Assembly: GCA_038087875.1 (NCBI GenBank) | Contig: CM075998.1 | Span: 3,040,001 to 3,104,000, forward strand | From: Malacoraja senta | Lineage: Eukaryota | DNA length: 64,000 nt | Direction: 5' to 3' | In this document: positions 52,321 through 64,000 of the stretch, in pieces | How positions within the stretch are numbered: the stretch's first letter is position 1 | Layout of the letters: every line of letters starts with the position of its first letter | Position numbers and translations under genes: made by a program | The notes under the pieces: generated by a model | Database searches by the model: none | Told to the model about the DNA's origin: nothing | What the model saw: the letters and a program-made list of their open reading frames with translations, nothing else

Positions 52321-52760
52321 CGCAACGCTTCATGGCTGAGGCAGCGCGAGCTACCTGGCGGGCCGGGAGAAGAGGCTGTCCGCTCGCACGCTCGGAGCCG
52401 CTCTCATCTTCCAACTCCGCAGCCCGCCTCCGCCGCGGCCGATCCCCATGGTACGTCCCTCCCGATTGGCCACAAGCCGGCACGGGACGACACAGTCCGC
52501 GACGATCCATTGGCGCAGAGCAAAGGCCCGAATAGAACGCCACTTGCGATTGGCTGCAACGGCGCGAGTTTGATTGGCTTTGGCTTCGAGAGTAAATGAT
52601 TGGTGCACATTGCACCAGTCAACGGGGAGAATACAACCCTAGCGTCTGATTGGTTGGAATTCTCTTCCTTTAAATGTTATCATTGGTTGGAACCAGTGAA
52701 TCGGACGAAGGTTTCATCGAGCTACTTGATTGGTTGGACGGCTTCCATTTAAACCGTTCG
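52321..52760 (-). promoter_or_regulatory. LMBR1L 5'UTR and CpG-rich promoter with 8 CCAAT boxes
   Basis: GC/CpG-rich stretch upstream of the ATG; ATTGG on the + strand at 52465, 52509, 52549, 52573, 52599, 52649, 52682 and 52729. Confidence 0.8.
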
Positions 52761-53420
52761 TCGAGGAGTCAGCGGGAAGAATAAAGTCTCTCATGTGGGC
52801 GTGGTCAGCCATGATCACATTGAATGGCGGTGCAGGCTCGAAGGGCCGAATGGCCTACTCCTACACCTATTGTCTATGTATCTATGAAACAAAGTTGTAA
52901 CATTACGACGAAAAATGCCTTGTTAGCACATTCTGTTCTACTTTTGATAGATAATGAATGTGTAACATTTTGAACGATATGCATAATCAATGGTAATCAA
53001 AGTAAAAGCAGATTAAACATTCAGCAGGTCGGGCAGCATCTGTGGAGAGAGAAACAGTTGGATTTTCAAGTCTATGGCCCCCTCAACATAACTGGGAAAG
53101 ATGAATAAAACCAAGTTTGTCTTCAATGTAAGCGATAGAGCAGGAATGGTTTAGGTTTGTTATTGTCACATGTACTGAGGTACAGTGAAAAGCTTTATTT
53201 TGCAAGCTATCCAAACAGATCAGATATATTCCATACGTAGATATAATCAGTATCTACTCGAGTACAACAGGTAGAAGAGCACAGGGGGAGATATAGAGTG
53301 CAGGGAGTAAAACAAAGAGTGATACCAAATGAGTAAATGTGGCACACAAGGAACTACAGATGCTGTTTTACAGAGAAAGACACAAAGTGCTGGAGCAACT
53401 CAGTGGATAGGTGATGTTTC

Positions 53421-53746
53421 GAAACGTCGCCTATCCATGTTCTCCACAGATGCTGCCTGACCCGCTGAGTTACTCCAGCACTCTGTGAAACGTCACCTAT
53501 CCATGTTCTCCACAGATGCTGCCTGACCCGCTGAGTTACTCCAGCACTCTGTGAAACGTCACCTATCCATGTTCTCCACAGATGCTGCCTGACCCACTGA
53601 GTTACTCCAGCACCCTGTGAAACGTCACCTATCCATGTTCTCCACAGATGCTGCCTGACCCGCTGAGTTACTCCAGCACTCTGTGAAACGTCACCTATCC
53701 ATGTTCTCCACAGATGCTGCCTGACCCGCTGAGTTACTCCAGCACT
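53421..53746 (+). repeat. 66-bp tandem array, 5 units
   Basis: Same unit and the same CACTCTGT|GAAACGTC junction. Confidence 0.95.
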
Positions 53747-55718
53747 TTGCGTCTATCTACAGCATTTTCTATTTTAATTTCTGTAGAGTGAATAAAAATA
53801 GAAAATGCTGTTCTGAAACTTTACCTCGCCTCTTTCCACAGATGCTGCCTGACCTGCTGTTTCCAGCATTTTGTTTTTATTTCAGATTTCCTATATCTGC
53901 AGTATTTTTAATTTCTAATTAAAGTTAAAATGTTGATGAAAGTTCATCAAATTAACTCCGTTTGTCTCTTCACAGATATTACCTGATGTACCGAGCGTTG
54001 CCAGTGATCTGAAAACAAGTAACTGCAGGTAATCTTTAAAAAAACGATTCCCCCCCCCCCCCCCCAATGGTTTTTAATTTTAGTGGAAATTGAACGTATT
54101 GGCTCCTATAAAACATATGTTTCTGTGAGTTCAAAATTGAAAGATTATACTTCTGGAGGAACCCAGTGGGGACATATGTGGAGGAAAATGTTGATTTCCA
54201 AAAATAAACTTTGGGCAGAGTATGTTTATATAAAGGACATGCAACGTTTGTGGTCTGGACCCTTCTTCAGACTGAAAGCTGGAAAAGAGAGGTGAGAGCT
54301 CATGATTTAGTAAAAGCAGATTCGACTGAAACAAAAAAAAATAATAAAGAAACATTTTCTCTTTACGGAAATTATACATCAACATTATCATCCTTTAGAC
54401 TTTTCATGAGGTATCTGATGACAGATTACCGACGGGCAGTGAAAATGTCATGAATGAAATTTAATGTTTAAGAAAGAACTGCAGATGCTGGTAAAATCGA
54501 AGGTAGACAAAAATGATGGAGAAACTCAGCGGGTGAGGCAGCCTCTATGGAGAGAGGGTCTCGACCCGAAACGTCGCCTATTCCTTCTCTCCGTGAATTA
54601 AATTGATGTCACTAGTGTCCTCTGTAGTCGGATTCGAACTGTTAGCGGGAACGAGCACTCTTTCTCCCGAAAGTCAACGTTCATTGCATACATGAAATTC
54701 AAATGTACCGATCATCAGTGGATTGGAAATCTGTGTGAACAGAGCGCTATCTACAGGCCGATTCTTCCACAGCATTTAGTCCGAATACGGGTTTTTTTCT
54801 CCCTCTTTTAACGCCTCTTCAAACCTCCTAAATATTATTTCTGGCAATTAAAAAAAAAAACAACAACAACAACAAATCGATGGGGGCAAACCGTTCCCTT
54901 CCAAATCCCTTCAATCATTCTGAATGGTCCCGACCCGAAACGTCCCCCGTACATTCCCTCCACAGATACTGCCTGACCCGCTGAGTTACTCCAGGACTTT
55001 TGTGTTTTGCTCAAGATTCCTGCATCCGCAACTCCTTGTATCTCCACTTGCTTCAATGCGTTTTTTCTTTCAGAGTTTGCAGGGCTTTATTTTATTATTA
55101 TGTAGGCTTCACGTTGGTTACTGAGTTGATCAGTCTGAGGAAAGATCCCGACCCCGAAACGTTGCATATCCATGTTCTCATTAGATGCTGTCTGATCCGC
55201 CGAGTTCAGAACCCGTGTCTTCTAGTTACTGTTTTTTAATTAATCCCCACTATTTTAATGTTTTCACTCAACACTAATTAAATGTCATTTGATGCTATAA
55301 TTTGTACCCTGTTTTGCAAAAGATTGTATTATATCACAGCTAGAAATGTTTTATTCATATTGACGTGATCATAGATTTAAAATAACCTGTAACCCTCTTC
55401 CCACCTTCCTAATCTATGGTTTGAAACATGAGTGCAACGTCCTCTTTACATCAGTAGGGGTTCTGCAATTGTTTTCCGAAAACAAAAAGAATAACAACCA
55501 GTATTTAACTAACATGATTATTGTAAACCATAAGACACATTACATGACTGCTACCCATCCAAACTTGACATCAACTATGAGATATTACTACAGGAGACCA
55601 ATAGCTCGGTCATAGAGATGGGCTCTCGGGGGGAACTTTTGTCAAGTTGAGTTTACTGGCATCATGCACAATGATGTTGCTTGTAGACTCACCGTTGTGC
55701 AGGGTTTTTCAAGGACTT

Positions 55719-55842
55719 CTTGTGTATGGCGTGCACAGCCTAAAGTTGTAGGACAACTTGTTCTATTTGATCTTATTTGATTGTCCACGCCTGGTTGATT
55801 GCATTCGTCGAAACGGGGTGAAGGTTGCAATCTTCCACCCCA
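55719..55842 (-). mobile_element. ~135-bp retroposon, copy 4
   Basis: Reverse complement of the same sequence; TSD TTCAAGGACTT. Confidence 0.85.
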
Positions 55843-58800
55843 TTCAAGGACTTGATGGTTGTTGGGAAGACACTGCTTTTGCAAAGACACAAAGCGCTGG
55901 AGTAACTCAGCAGCAGCTCTGGAGAACATGGATAGGTGACGTTTTGGATCGGGATGTTACTATCTTCAATTTTAAGAGACAAGTGGACATGATAGTGGCA
56001 CGGTGGTTGAGTTGCTGAAAAATGGGTCTTGCAGCGCCAGAGACCCAGTTTTGACCCTGACTACGGGTGCTGTCTGTATGGAGTTTGTACATTCTCCCCG
56101 TGACTGCGTGAGTTTTCTCTGGGTGCTCCAGTTTCCTCCCACACTCCAAAGATGCATAGGTTTGTTGGTTAGTTGGCGTTGGTAAAGATGTAAAATAGTT
56201 CTGTGTGTAGGATAGCATTAATGTAAGGGGTGATCGCTGGTCAGCAAAGACCCGGTGGGCCGCAGTGGGTGTTTCTGCACTTTATCTCTAAAGATGCATG
56301 GACAAGATAGAGGGTTATGGGCCAAGCGCGGGCATTGGGACCAGTTGGGCCAACGGGCTTGTTTCTGCACTGTATGACTCTTCTTCAGACTGAATGATAG
56401 CTGCTATTGAACTTGGAGATAACTGTAACTCTGGCTCCTGTACCTTCCTCCCAATGGTAGCAGCAAGATAAGAGCGTAGCCAGGGTTGTGTGGGTCTTTG
56501 ATGATGCTGGCTGCCTTCTTGAGACAAGTGGTTCCTCTAGATCGCTTTGATGGTGGAGTTGTCAGTACCTGTGATGGACCGGGCAATGTCCACTACTTTC
56601 AGCAGCCTCCTTTCTTTTTTGGATTTCATGGCATCTGCAATTTTTGTTCTGTTTTTCCCCTCTCCCAGAATATAGCCTGGTCTACTAAGCACATCTCACA
56701 TACAGCCTTTAGTGTTTTTGGCATGCAGTAATAAAAATAAACATGGTTATTGAAAACCTTTGGATAAGCAGATGGATAAACATGAAATTGAGGGATATGG
56801 ATCATATGCAGGCAGATAAGGGCGGCACAGTGGCTCAGCAGTAGTTGCAGCCTTGTTTGCTCCAGAGTATGGGTGCTGTCGTTATGGAGTTTGTATGTTC
56901 TCCCTGTGACCATGTGGGTGCTCCTCTGGGTTCTTCCCACACTCCAGACGTACAGTTTTGTAGGTTAATTTGCAAAAATTGTGAATTGTCCCTAGTCTGT
57001 GTAGGATGGTGTTAGTGTGCGGGAATCACTCATTGGTGCGGACTGGGTGGGCCGAAAGGCCTGTTTTCGTGCTCTATCTCTAAACAAATCTAATCTAAAA
57101 TAAGTGTTGGTCTTGGCATCATGTTCAGCACAGACATTGAGACAGACAGACATAAATGTATAAAAATTGCCTTGAAATGACAGTGCACTTTAACCACATG
57201 TGATTTTTTTTTTCTATTACAACTCTCAAATTGTGGAGTACAGAAGCAAATACATAAATGATGGGTCTTTGTCCCAAACATTATGGAGGGCACTGTATGT
57301 TCTATGTTGTCTTTTTAAGAAAGAAAAAAGAATGCTGAAGTAAATCTTGTTTTCTGCTACAGAAACAGAGCACCATAAAGTTCCTCACTTTAGTTAGAAA
57401 ATGTAACAGCTGTCCCACCTCAGGTAATACAATCTGCTGCCGAGGCTGCTGGCGGCAGTGTTGCCAAACATTTGTTCCCTTGCTTGTGCTCGGTCACAAA
57501 TGTGTGAGCCAGCAGATGACAAACAAAGGGCTCCACGTTAGACAGGGAACAGCTGTGTGTAGATGATCAGGCACTCCTTGTCTAGACATTCAGCGTCAGC
57601 AGGTTATTTGACGACGTTGACGAATAGATGTCACAGCCAGCTGAAGAGACCATCAGCTCCCCCTTCAGGTCTAGCACCTTTGTTTTATGTCTGAAATTAG
57701 TCAAATGTTAAGATAAGACCAGGATCCCATTACCAACAACTCTGAGTTTGCTCATGGATTCAAATTGTTGGAACTTCCAAGGTCAACGTGTATGAATGTT
57801 GATTTCTCTAATTTCAATTAACTCCTGCATTCTTTCTCCCACCTCTTTCCTCCTCCCCCCCCCCCCCCCCCAGTCCTCCTAGTTCGACTGTTCACATCCT
57901 TGTGTCCCTATTGTTAGCACATCTTCCCCAGTCAACAATGGGCCATTATGGACTCCAACCTTCCCAAGGCCCTGTTTTGTTCTGGCCTTTTCTCACCTTG
58001 TTTCTCTTGTTGCCCCCCCCACCTCTATCTTTTGGTCTGAAGAAGGGTACCGACCCAAAACGTCACCTATTCCTTTTCTCCAGGGATGCTGCCTGAACCA
58101 CTGTTACTCCAGGCTTTTGTGCCTGCAGAGATAATATTGCAGTAAGAACAAACTGCAGATGCTGGTTTGAACCGAAAGACAGACACAAAAAACTGGAGTA
58201 ACTCAGCGGGCCAGACACCATCTCTGGAGAGAAGAAATGGGTGACGTTTCAGGTCAAGACCCTTCTTCAGACCGATAATTATCTGGTAATCCCAGTGCAG
58301 AATGTGTGTGTGTGTGTATATATATACTTGTACTCAACCATTGTGTGAGGCCTGGATTAAGTTTGACTGAAATTCCTTCCACAATATAATCCCCTGCCCA
58401 CATTCAGCCAGGACTCTTGTTTAGTTACTAGGCAGGTAGTTTCAGATTGCAATGGGCATCCAGAAAAATAAATTGTGGTTAAATAAAAGCATCTGAAAGA
58501 GGAAGAAAGAAAATTGGTGGAACAAATATTGCACTAATAAGTGCACTCATAACATTCTTAACTCAGTCATACAGGCACAGTAACAAGCCTTTCACCCCAA
58601 CTCATAAATGCTGACCAAGGTACCCCATCTAAGCAAGTTCCATTAGCCCATGTTTGGCCCATATCCTTCTGAACCTTCCCTATCTAACACAAATCTGAAT
58701 AAGTCTGAAGGGTCCTGACCTGAACCATCAAAGTTATTGTAGAATTAGGCCATTCAGCCCATCAAGTCTACTCTACCATTCAATCATGGCTGATCTGTCT

Positions 58801-61800
58801 CCTTATCCTTTTCCTGCCTTCTCCCCATAACCCTTGACATCGGTTCTAATCAAGAATTTGTCACCTATCCATGTTCTCCAGAGATGCTGCTTGACCCACT
58901 AAGTTACTCCAACACTGTGTTGTGTACATTAAGCAGTATCTGCTGTTCCTTGTTTCTAAAAATCTCCAAGATATGTATTTTATGGACAATTCTGCAGAAC
59001 TGTTCCCACTGGATAACTGCGCACTCAGAAATAAAATGATTCTTAGAATCCAGGGCTCAATAATGTAGATCTATACCAAAGCCATGTTCCCATCACATGC
59101 AGCTTTCATATTCCAAAGGTATGATTCCGTACTTCATTTTCTGCTGATTTAACTTATTTATTTCAAAACCCCCCTTGCCAGTGTTCACCTATGACCTGCC
59201 AGGCTTTGTCCTGCCCTTCCACTCTTCTTGCTTTCTTTCCCTCCACCCCTGCAATCAGTCTGAAGAAAGGTCCCCACCCTAAACGTCACCTATCCATGTT
59301 CTCCAAGCATGCTGCCTGAACCGGTGAGTCACTCCTGTATTTTATGTCTTTCTTTGGTAAACCAGCATCTATATAGTTCCTTGTTTCTAAACTATGTAGT
59401 CAGAAACTGAGGAGCAGTCCCATTGAACAGCGAGGAAAGCCCCATCACCCCCTCTCATCAGGAAAGGAGGAAGTAGACTGTATTCATTTTGAAAGATGCA
59501 GAGGTCAATTTAAAATAGTTAATCTCACTTCCTATTACAATACTTTTTTTTTAGATTGAGAGCACTGTCAATCTTCACCTCACTGCAGTGTAATTGTCAT
59601 AATTAAATTTTTAAAACTTAATCGATGGCTGACAGCACATACATGGCAACGTTACTCATTATATTTGCAAAATCTTTCTCGTCCCTTTCAATCCTAAATA
59701 TTACATCAAATTAAATTAAAAATACAAAATAATTTGGCTCATTTAATAGCTATACTGAATGATATCAAAGCCAAGTCAATCACAATATTTAAAAGGGACT
59801 TGGATAAACATTTTGTTTAGAGATACAGCATGGAAACAGGCCCTTCGGCTCACCAGGTCCACACCATCCATCGATCACCCGTTCACTCTCGTTCCATGTT
59901 ATCCCATTTTTTAATCCACTCCCTATACACCAGGGCCAATATACAGAAGCCAATTAACCAACAAACCTGCATGTCTTTGGGATGTGGGAGGAAACTCTAG
60001 ACAGCACCCACTGTCAGGATCAAATCCAGATCTCCGGTGCTGTGAGGCAGCAGCTGTGCCTCTGTCAAAATGTGATCAACAAGTTTTCACAGAAAGACTT
60101 TGGAAAAATTGAAAGCAGCTGGATTGGTGGCAGCCTTTCGATGTGGATAGAGAATTGGTCTGCGAGTCAGGTGCACTCCAACTGGCCAGAATGCAATGAA
60201 TTTAGCACAAACAGAATATACTGAAAAAAACTCAGCAGGTCAGGCAGTATTTATGGAAGGAGAATCAGCGATAACATATTATGTTGAAAACCATTTATCA
60301 GAACTGAGGGAATCTGATGAGTTTCCACCATTTTGTCTTTGCTTCAGATTCTCAGCTCTTGAAATTATTATTTTCATCCAACTACTTGCCTTCAGAGAGA
60401 TCAGCTTGAGAAGTGATGTGATGTGTGGATGAAAATGGGAAGTTACAGACGCTGATAAACTCAACTTGTCATAGAGCCATACAACACAGAAACAGACCCT
60501 TTGGCCCAACTCGTTCATAGAAACATAGAAAATAGGTGCAGGAGGAGGCCATTCGGCCCCTCGAGCCAGCACCGCCATTCATTGTGATCATGGCTGATCG
60601 TCCCCTATCAATAACCCGTGCCTGCCTTCTCCCCATATCCCTCGACTCCACTAGCCCCTAGAGCTCTATCTAACTCTCTCTTAAATCCATCCAGTGACTT
60701 GGCCTCCACTGCCCTCTGTGGCAGGGAATTCCATAAATTCACAACTCTCTGGGTGACATTTTTTTCTCACCTCAGTCTTAAATGACCTCCCCTTTATTCT
60801 AAGACTGTGGCCCCTGCTGTTCAAGCTGACTAAGCTGATTAACCGAGCTAGTCCCACTTGGGTGCACCTGGCTCCAATCCTTTGCTATCCGTGTACTTGT
60901 TTTCACTTTTTTTTTAATGTTGTAATTGTACCCACCTCCGCTTCTAGCAGTTCCTTCCATGTACACACCACACTGGAAAGTCACCCCCAAGGTCCCTTTT
61001 AAATCTTTCCCCTCTCGGCTTAAACATATGCCCTCCAGTTTTAAGACTCCCTTAACCCGAGGAACAGACTGTAGCTTGTGATTTTGTATCATGGCGAGTG
61101 CCTGGAACGTGCTGCCAGGATTGGTCATTGAGGCAGATACCACCATGGCATTTAAGAGGCTTTTGGATAGGCATATAGATATGCAGGGAATTAAGGGATA
61201 TGGATGTTGCGCATCCATAGATAACAGATGGTCTTAGCATTATGTTTGGCACAGAAATTGTGGGCCAAAGGGCCTGTTCCGATCTATAGGGTCAACCCTT
61301 ATCCTCCTACTCATAAGGAAAATATATCCAGCCTATCAAGAAGCCTCTAGCTCAAACCCTCAACAGGTCATTGAAATCCATCCTATAGCAGGGCGATCAG
61401 AAATGTTCAACGCTATATAGACACACTGATCTGTTCTGTATTTATGCCTACAATATTGTTGTGCTGCAGCAAGCAAGAATTTCATTGTCCTATCTGGGAC
61501 ACGTGACAAACCCTTGACTCTTGAATTGAGGCACGATTGAGGGTGTAAAGAGACAAAGAGGATACAGGCAGATTGAGAGATGCAATGCAAGATGAAATAA
61601 ATGTGACACAATCCACAAAACAGAAAAGCAGTGTATTTTTTTTATTATTTTTTTAAATACTGAGATTGAGTCATGCTGATGTTCAAATTGACCCATGTAT
61701 CCCAGTGCACGTAACTTAGTGGTAAATGGCATGTTAAGTTTTGAAGGAACTTTTACTGCAATTTTATAGCATCTTGGTGAGATCACACCTGGATAGTTAT

Positions 61801-62127
61801 GCATCTTTGGTCAAGAAAATGGATGTTCTTGATTTAATAGGAATGAGCAAAGATTTGCCAGACTGGTTAAAGGGTGCTGGGGTAAACTAGGACTATAATG
61901 CTCAATGAGATCTCATTGAAGCTTAGAACATTCTTAAATGACTTGGGAGAAAAAAAGATAAGGTGGTAGAGAAATTCAGCAGGTCAGGCAGTATCTTTGA
62001 AGATAGGTGATATTTCTGGTCAGGACCCTTCTTCAGACTGAATGTTGCCCAGAGATGCTGCCTGACCTGCTGAGTTATTCCAGCACCGTGTCCTTTCCTG
62101 TAAGCCAGCATTTGCAGTTTTTCTGCA

Positions 62128-63025
62128 AAGCTGGGTGGCAGTGTGAACTGTGAGGAGGATGCTATGAGAATGCAGGGTGACTTGGACAGGTTGGGGGAGT
62201 GGGCAGATGCATGGCAGATGAAGTTTAATGAGGATAAATGTGAGGTTATCCACTTTGGTACAAAAAACAGGAAGGCAGATTACGATCTAAATGGCGCAAA
62301 TTGGGAAAAGGGGAAGTACAACGGGATCTGGGGGTCCTTGTTCATCAGTCTATGAAAGTAAGCATGCAGGTACAGCAGGCAGTGAAGAAAGCGAATGGCA
62401 TGTTGGCCTTTATAACAAGAGTCGTCGACTATGGGAGCAAAGAGGTCCTTCTGCAGTTGTACAGAGCCCTAGTGAGACCACACTTGGAGTATTGTGTGCA
62501 ATTTTGGTCCCCTAATTTGAGGAAGGACATTCTTGCTATAGAGTGCAGCATAGGTTTACAAGGTTAATTCCCAGGATGGCCGGACTGTCATATGCTGAGA
62601 GAATGGAGCAGCTGGGCTTGTACACTCTGGGGTTTAGAAGGATGAGAGGGCATCTCATTGAAACATATAAGATTGTTATGGGTTTGGACACGCTAGATGC
62701 AGGAAACATGTTCCCGATGTTGGGGGAGTCCAGAACCAGGGGCCACAGTTTAAGAATAAGGAGTAAGCCATTTAGAACGGAGACGAGGAAACACTTTTTG
62801 TCACAGAGAGTGGCGAGTCTGTGGAATTCTCTGTCTCAGAGGGCAGTGGAGGCAGGTTCTCTGGATGCTTTCAAGAGAGAGCTAGATAGGGCTCTTAAAA
62901 ATAGTGGAGTCAGGGGATATGGGGAGAAGGCAGGAACAGGGTACTGATTGGGGATGATCAGCCATGATCATATTGAATGGCGGTGCTGGCTCGAAGGGCC
63001 GAATGGCCTACTCCTGCACCTATTG
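62128..63025 (+). mobile_element. CR1-type LINE 3' fragment (RT C-terminus and 3'UTR), frameshifted
   Basis: DLDRLGEWADAWQMKFN, LVRPHLEYCVQFWSP and RTRGHSL motifs. Confidence 0.92.
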
Positions 63026-63307
63026 TCATTTCAAAATTCGAGATTTTTCATTTCAGCAACTATGGGGATGAAAAATATGAGCTTGATCATTTGCAACAAG
63101 TGAGATGGGATAGAGGTCTAGTCATAAGTGTGCCGAGCAAAGGCAATTTCAAATTCAGCTTTTTTTTTTGTATGCAATTGGCCCCAAGAGAACTCAATTT
63201 CTGGAGGAAAGTAAACAATGATTGCGTTTACTTTGATAACCAAACTACAATTCCAGACTAGTTTAAGAAACATGCCAAGGAATCAAATAGGTGATTCTTT
63301 AAGCTCC

Positions 63308-63313
63308 TTTATT
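63308..63313 (-). terminator. Probable polyadenylation signal (AATAAA) of the tubulin gene
   Basis: TTTATT on the + strand about 207 nt past the stop codon. Confidence 0.7.
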
Positions 63314-63519
63314 GCATCAGACATGATGAAAAGAAGTTATGCATAGACAAGCAAACATGATCACAGATCAAACACAACCATTAAGATCATTACGTATTCT
63401 ACAGTACCAAGCCAGCACCATTTCTAACACCCTGGTTGTGTAACACTCAATAGCCAAACACTGGAATGAACCAAGCCTGGAGCTTAAGTACATGCTTTTG
63501 TGAAGTGACAAGACTCAAG

Positions 63520-64000
<481 letters not shown>

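Noticed and set aside
52276..52622. Several ORFs of 67-107 aa around the promoter
   Set aside because: Expected in GC-rich, stop-poor sequence; no recognisable homology

Overview
Vertebrate genomic DNA, most likely from a cartilaginous fish such as a skate or ray (inferred from HE1/V-SINE-like, CR1 and Penelope-like repeats). Most of the window is one minus-strand gene, LMBR1L. I mapped coding exons 1-16 by hand from 52320 down to 2135; the final exon was not found and probably lies left of the window. The gene has a CpG-rich promoter with eight same-orientation CCAAT boxes, an overlapping out-of-frame uORF, a U12-type intron 13 and an apparent frameshift in exon 13. The 3' end of an alpha-tubulin gene (TUBA1B-like, minus strand) enters at the right edge, matching the human DHH-LMBR1L-TUBA1B order. 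Introns are packed with mobile DNA: a young Tc1 (DD34E, IR/DR) inside a hAT MITE, Harbinger-like MITEs, CR1/L2/Rex/RTE fragments, tRNA-derived SINEs and a ~135-bp TSD-flanked retroposon. The most notable signal is a very abundant short Penelope-associated family. It carries a minimal hammerhead-ribozyme-like motif, inserts as hairpins with 12-18 bp TSDs and forms 66-bp tandem arrays. Most ORF-track entries are spurious repeat ORFs.
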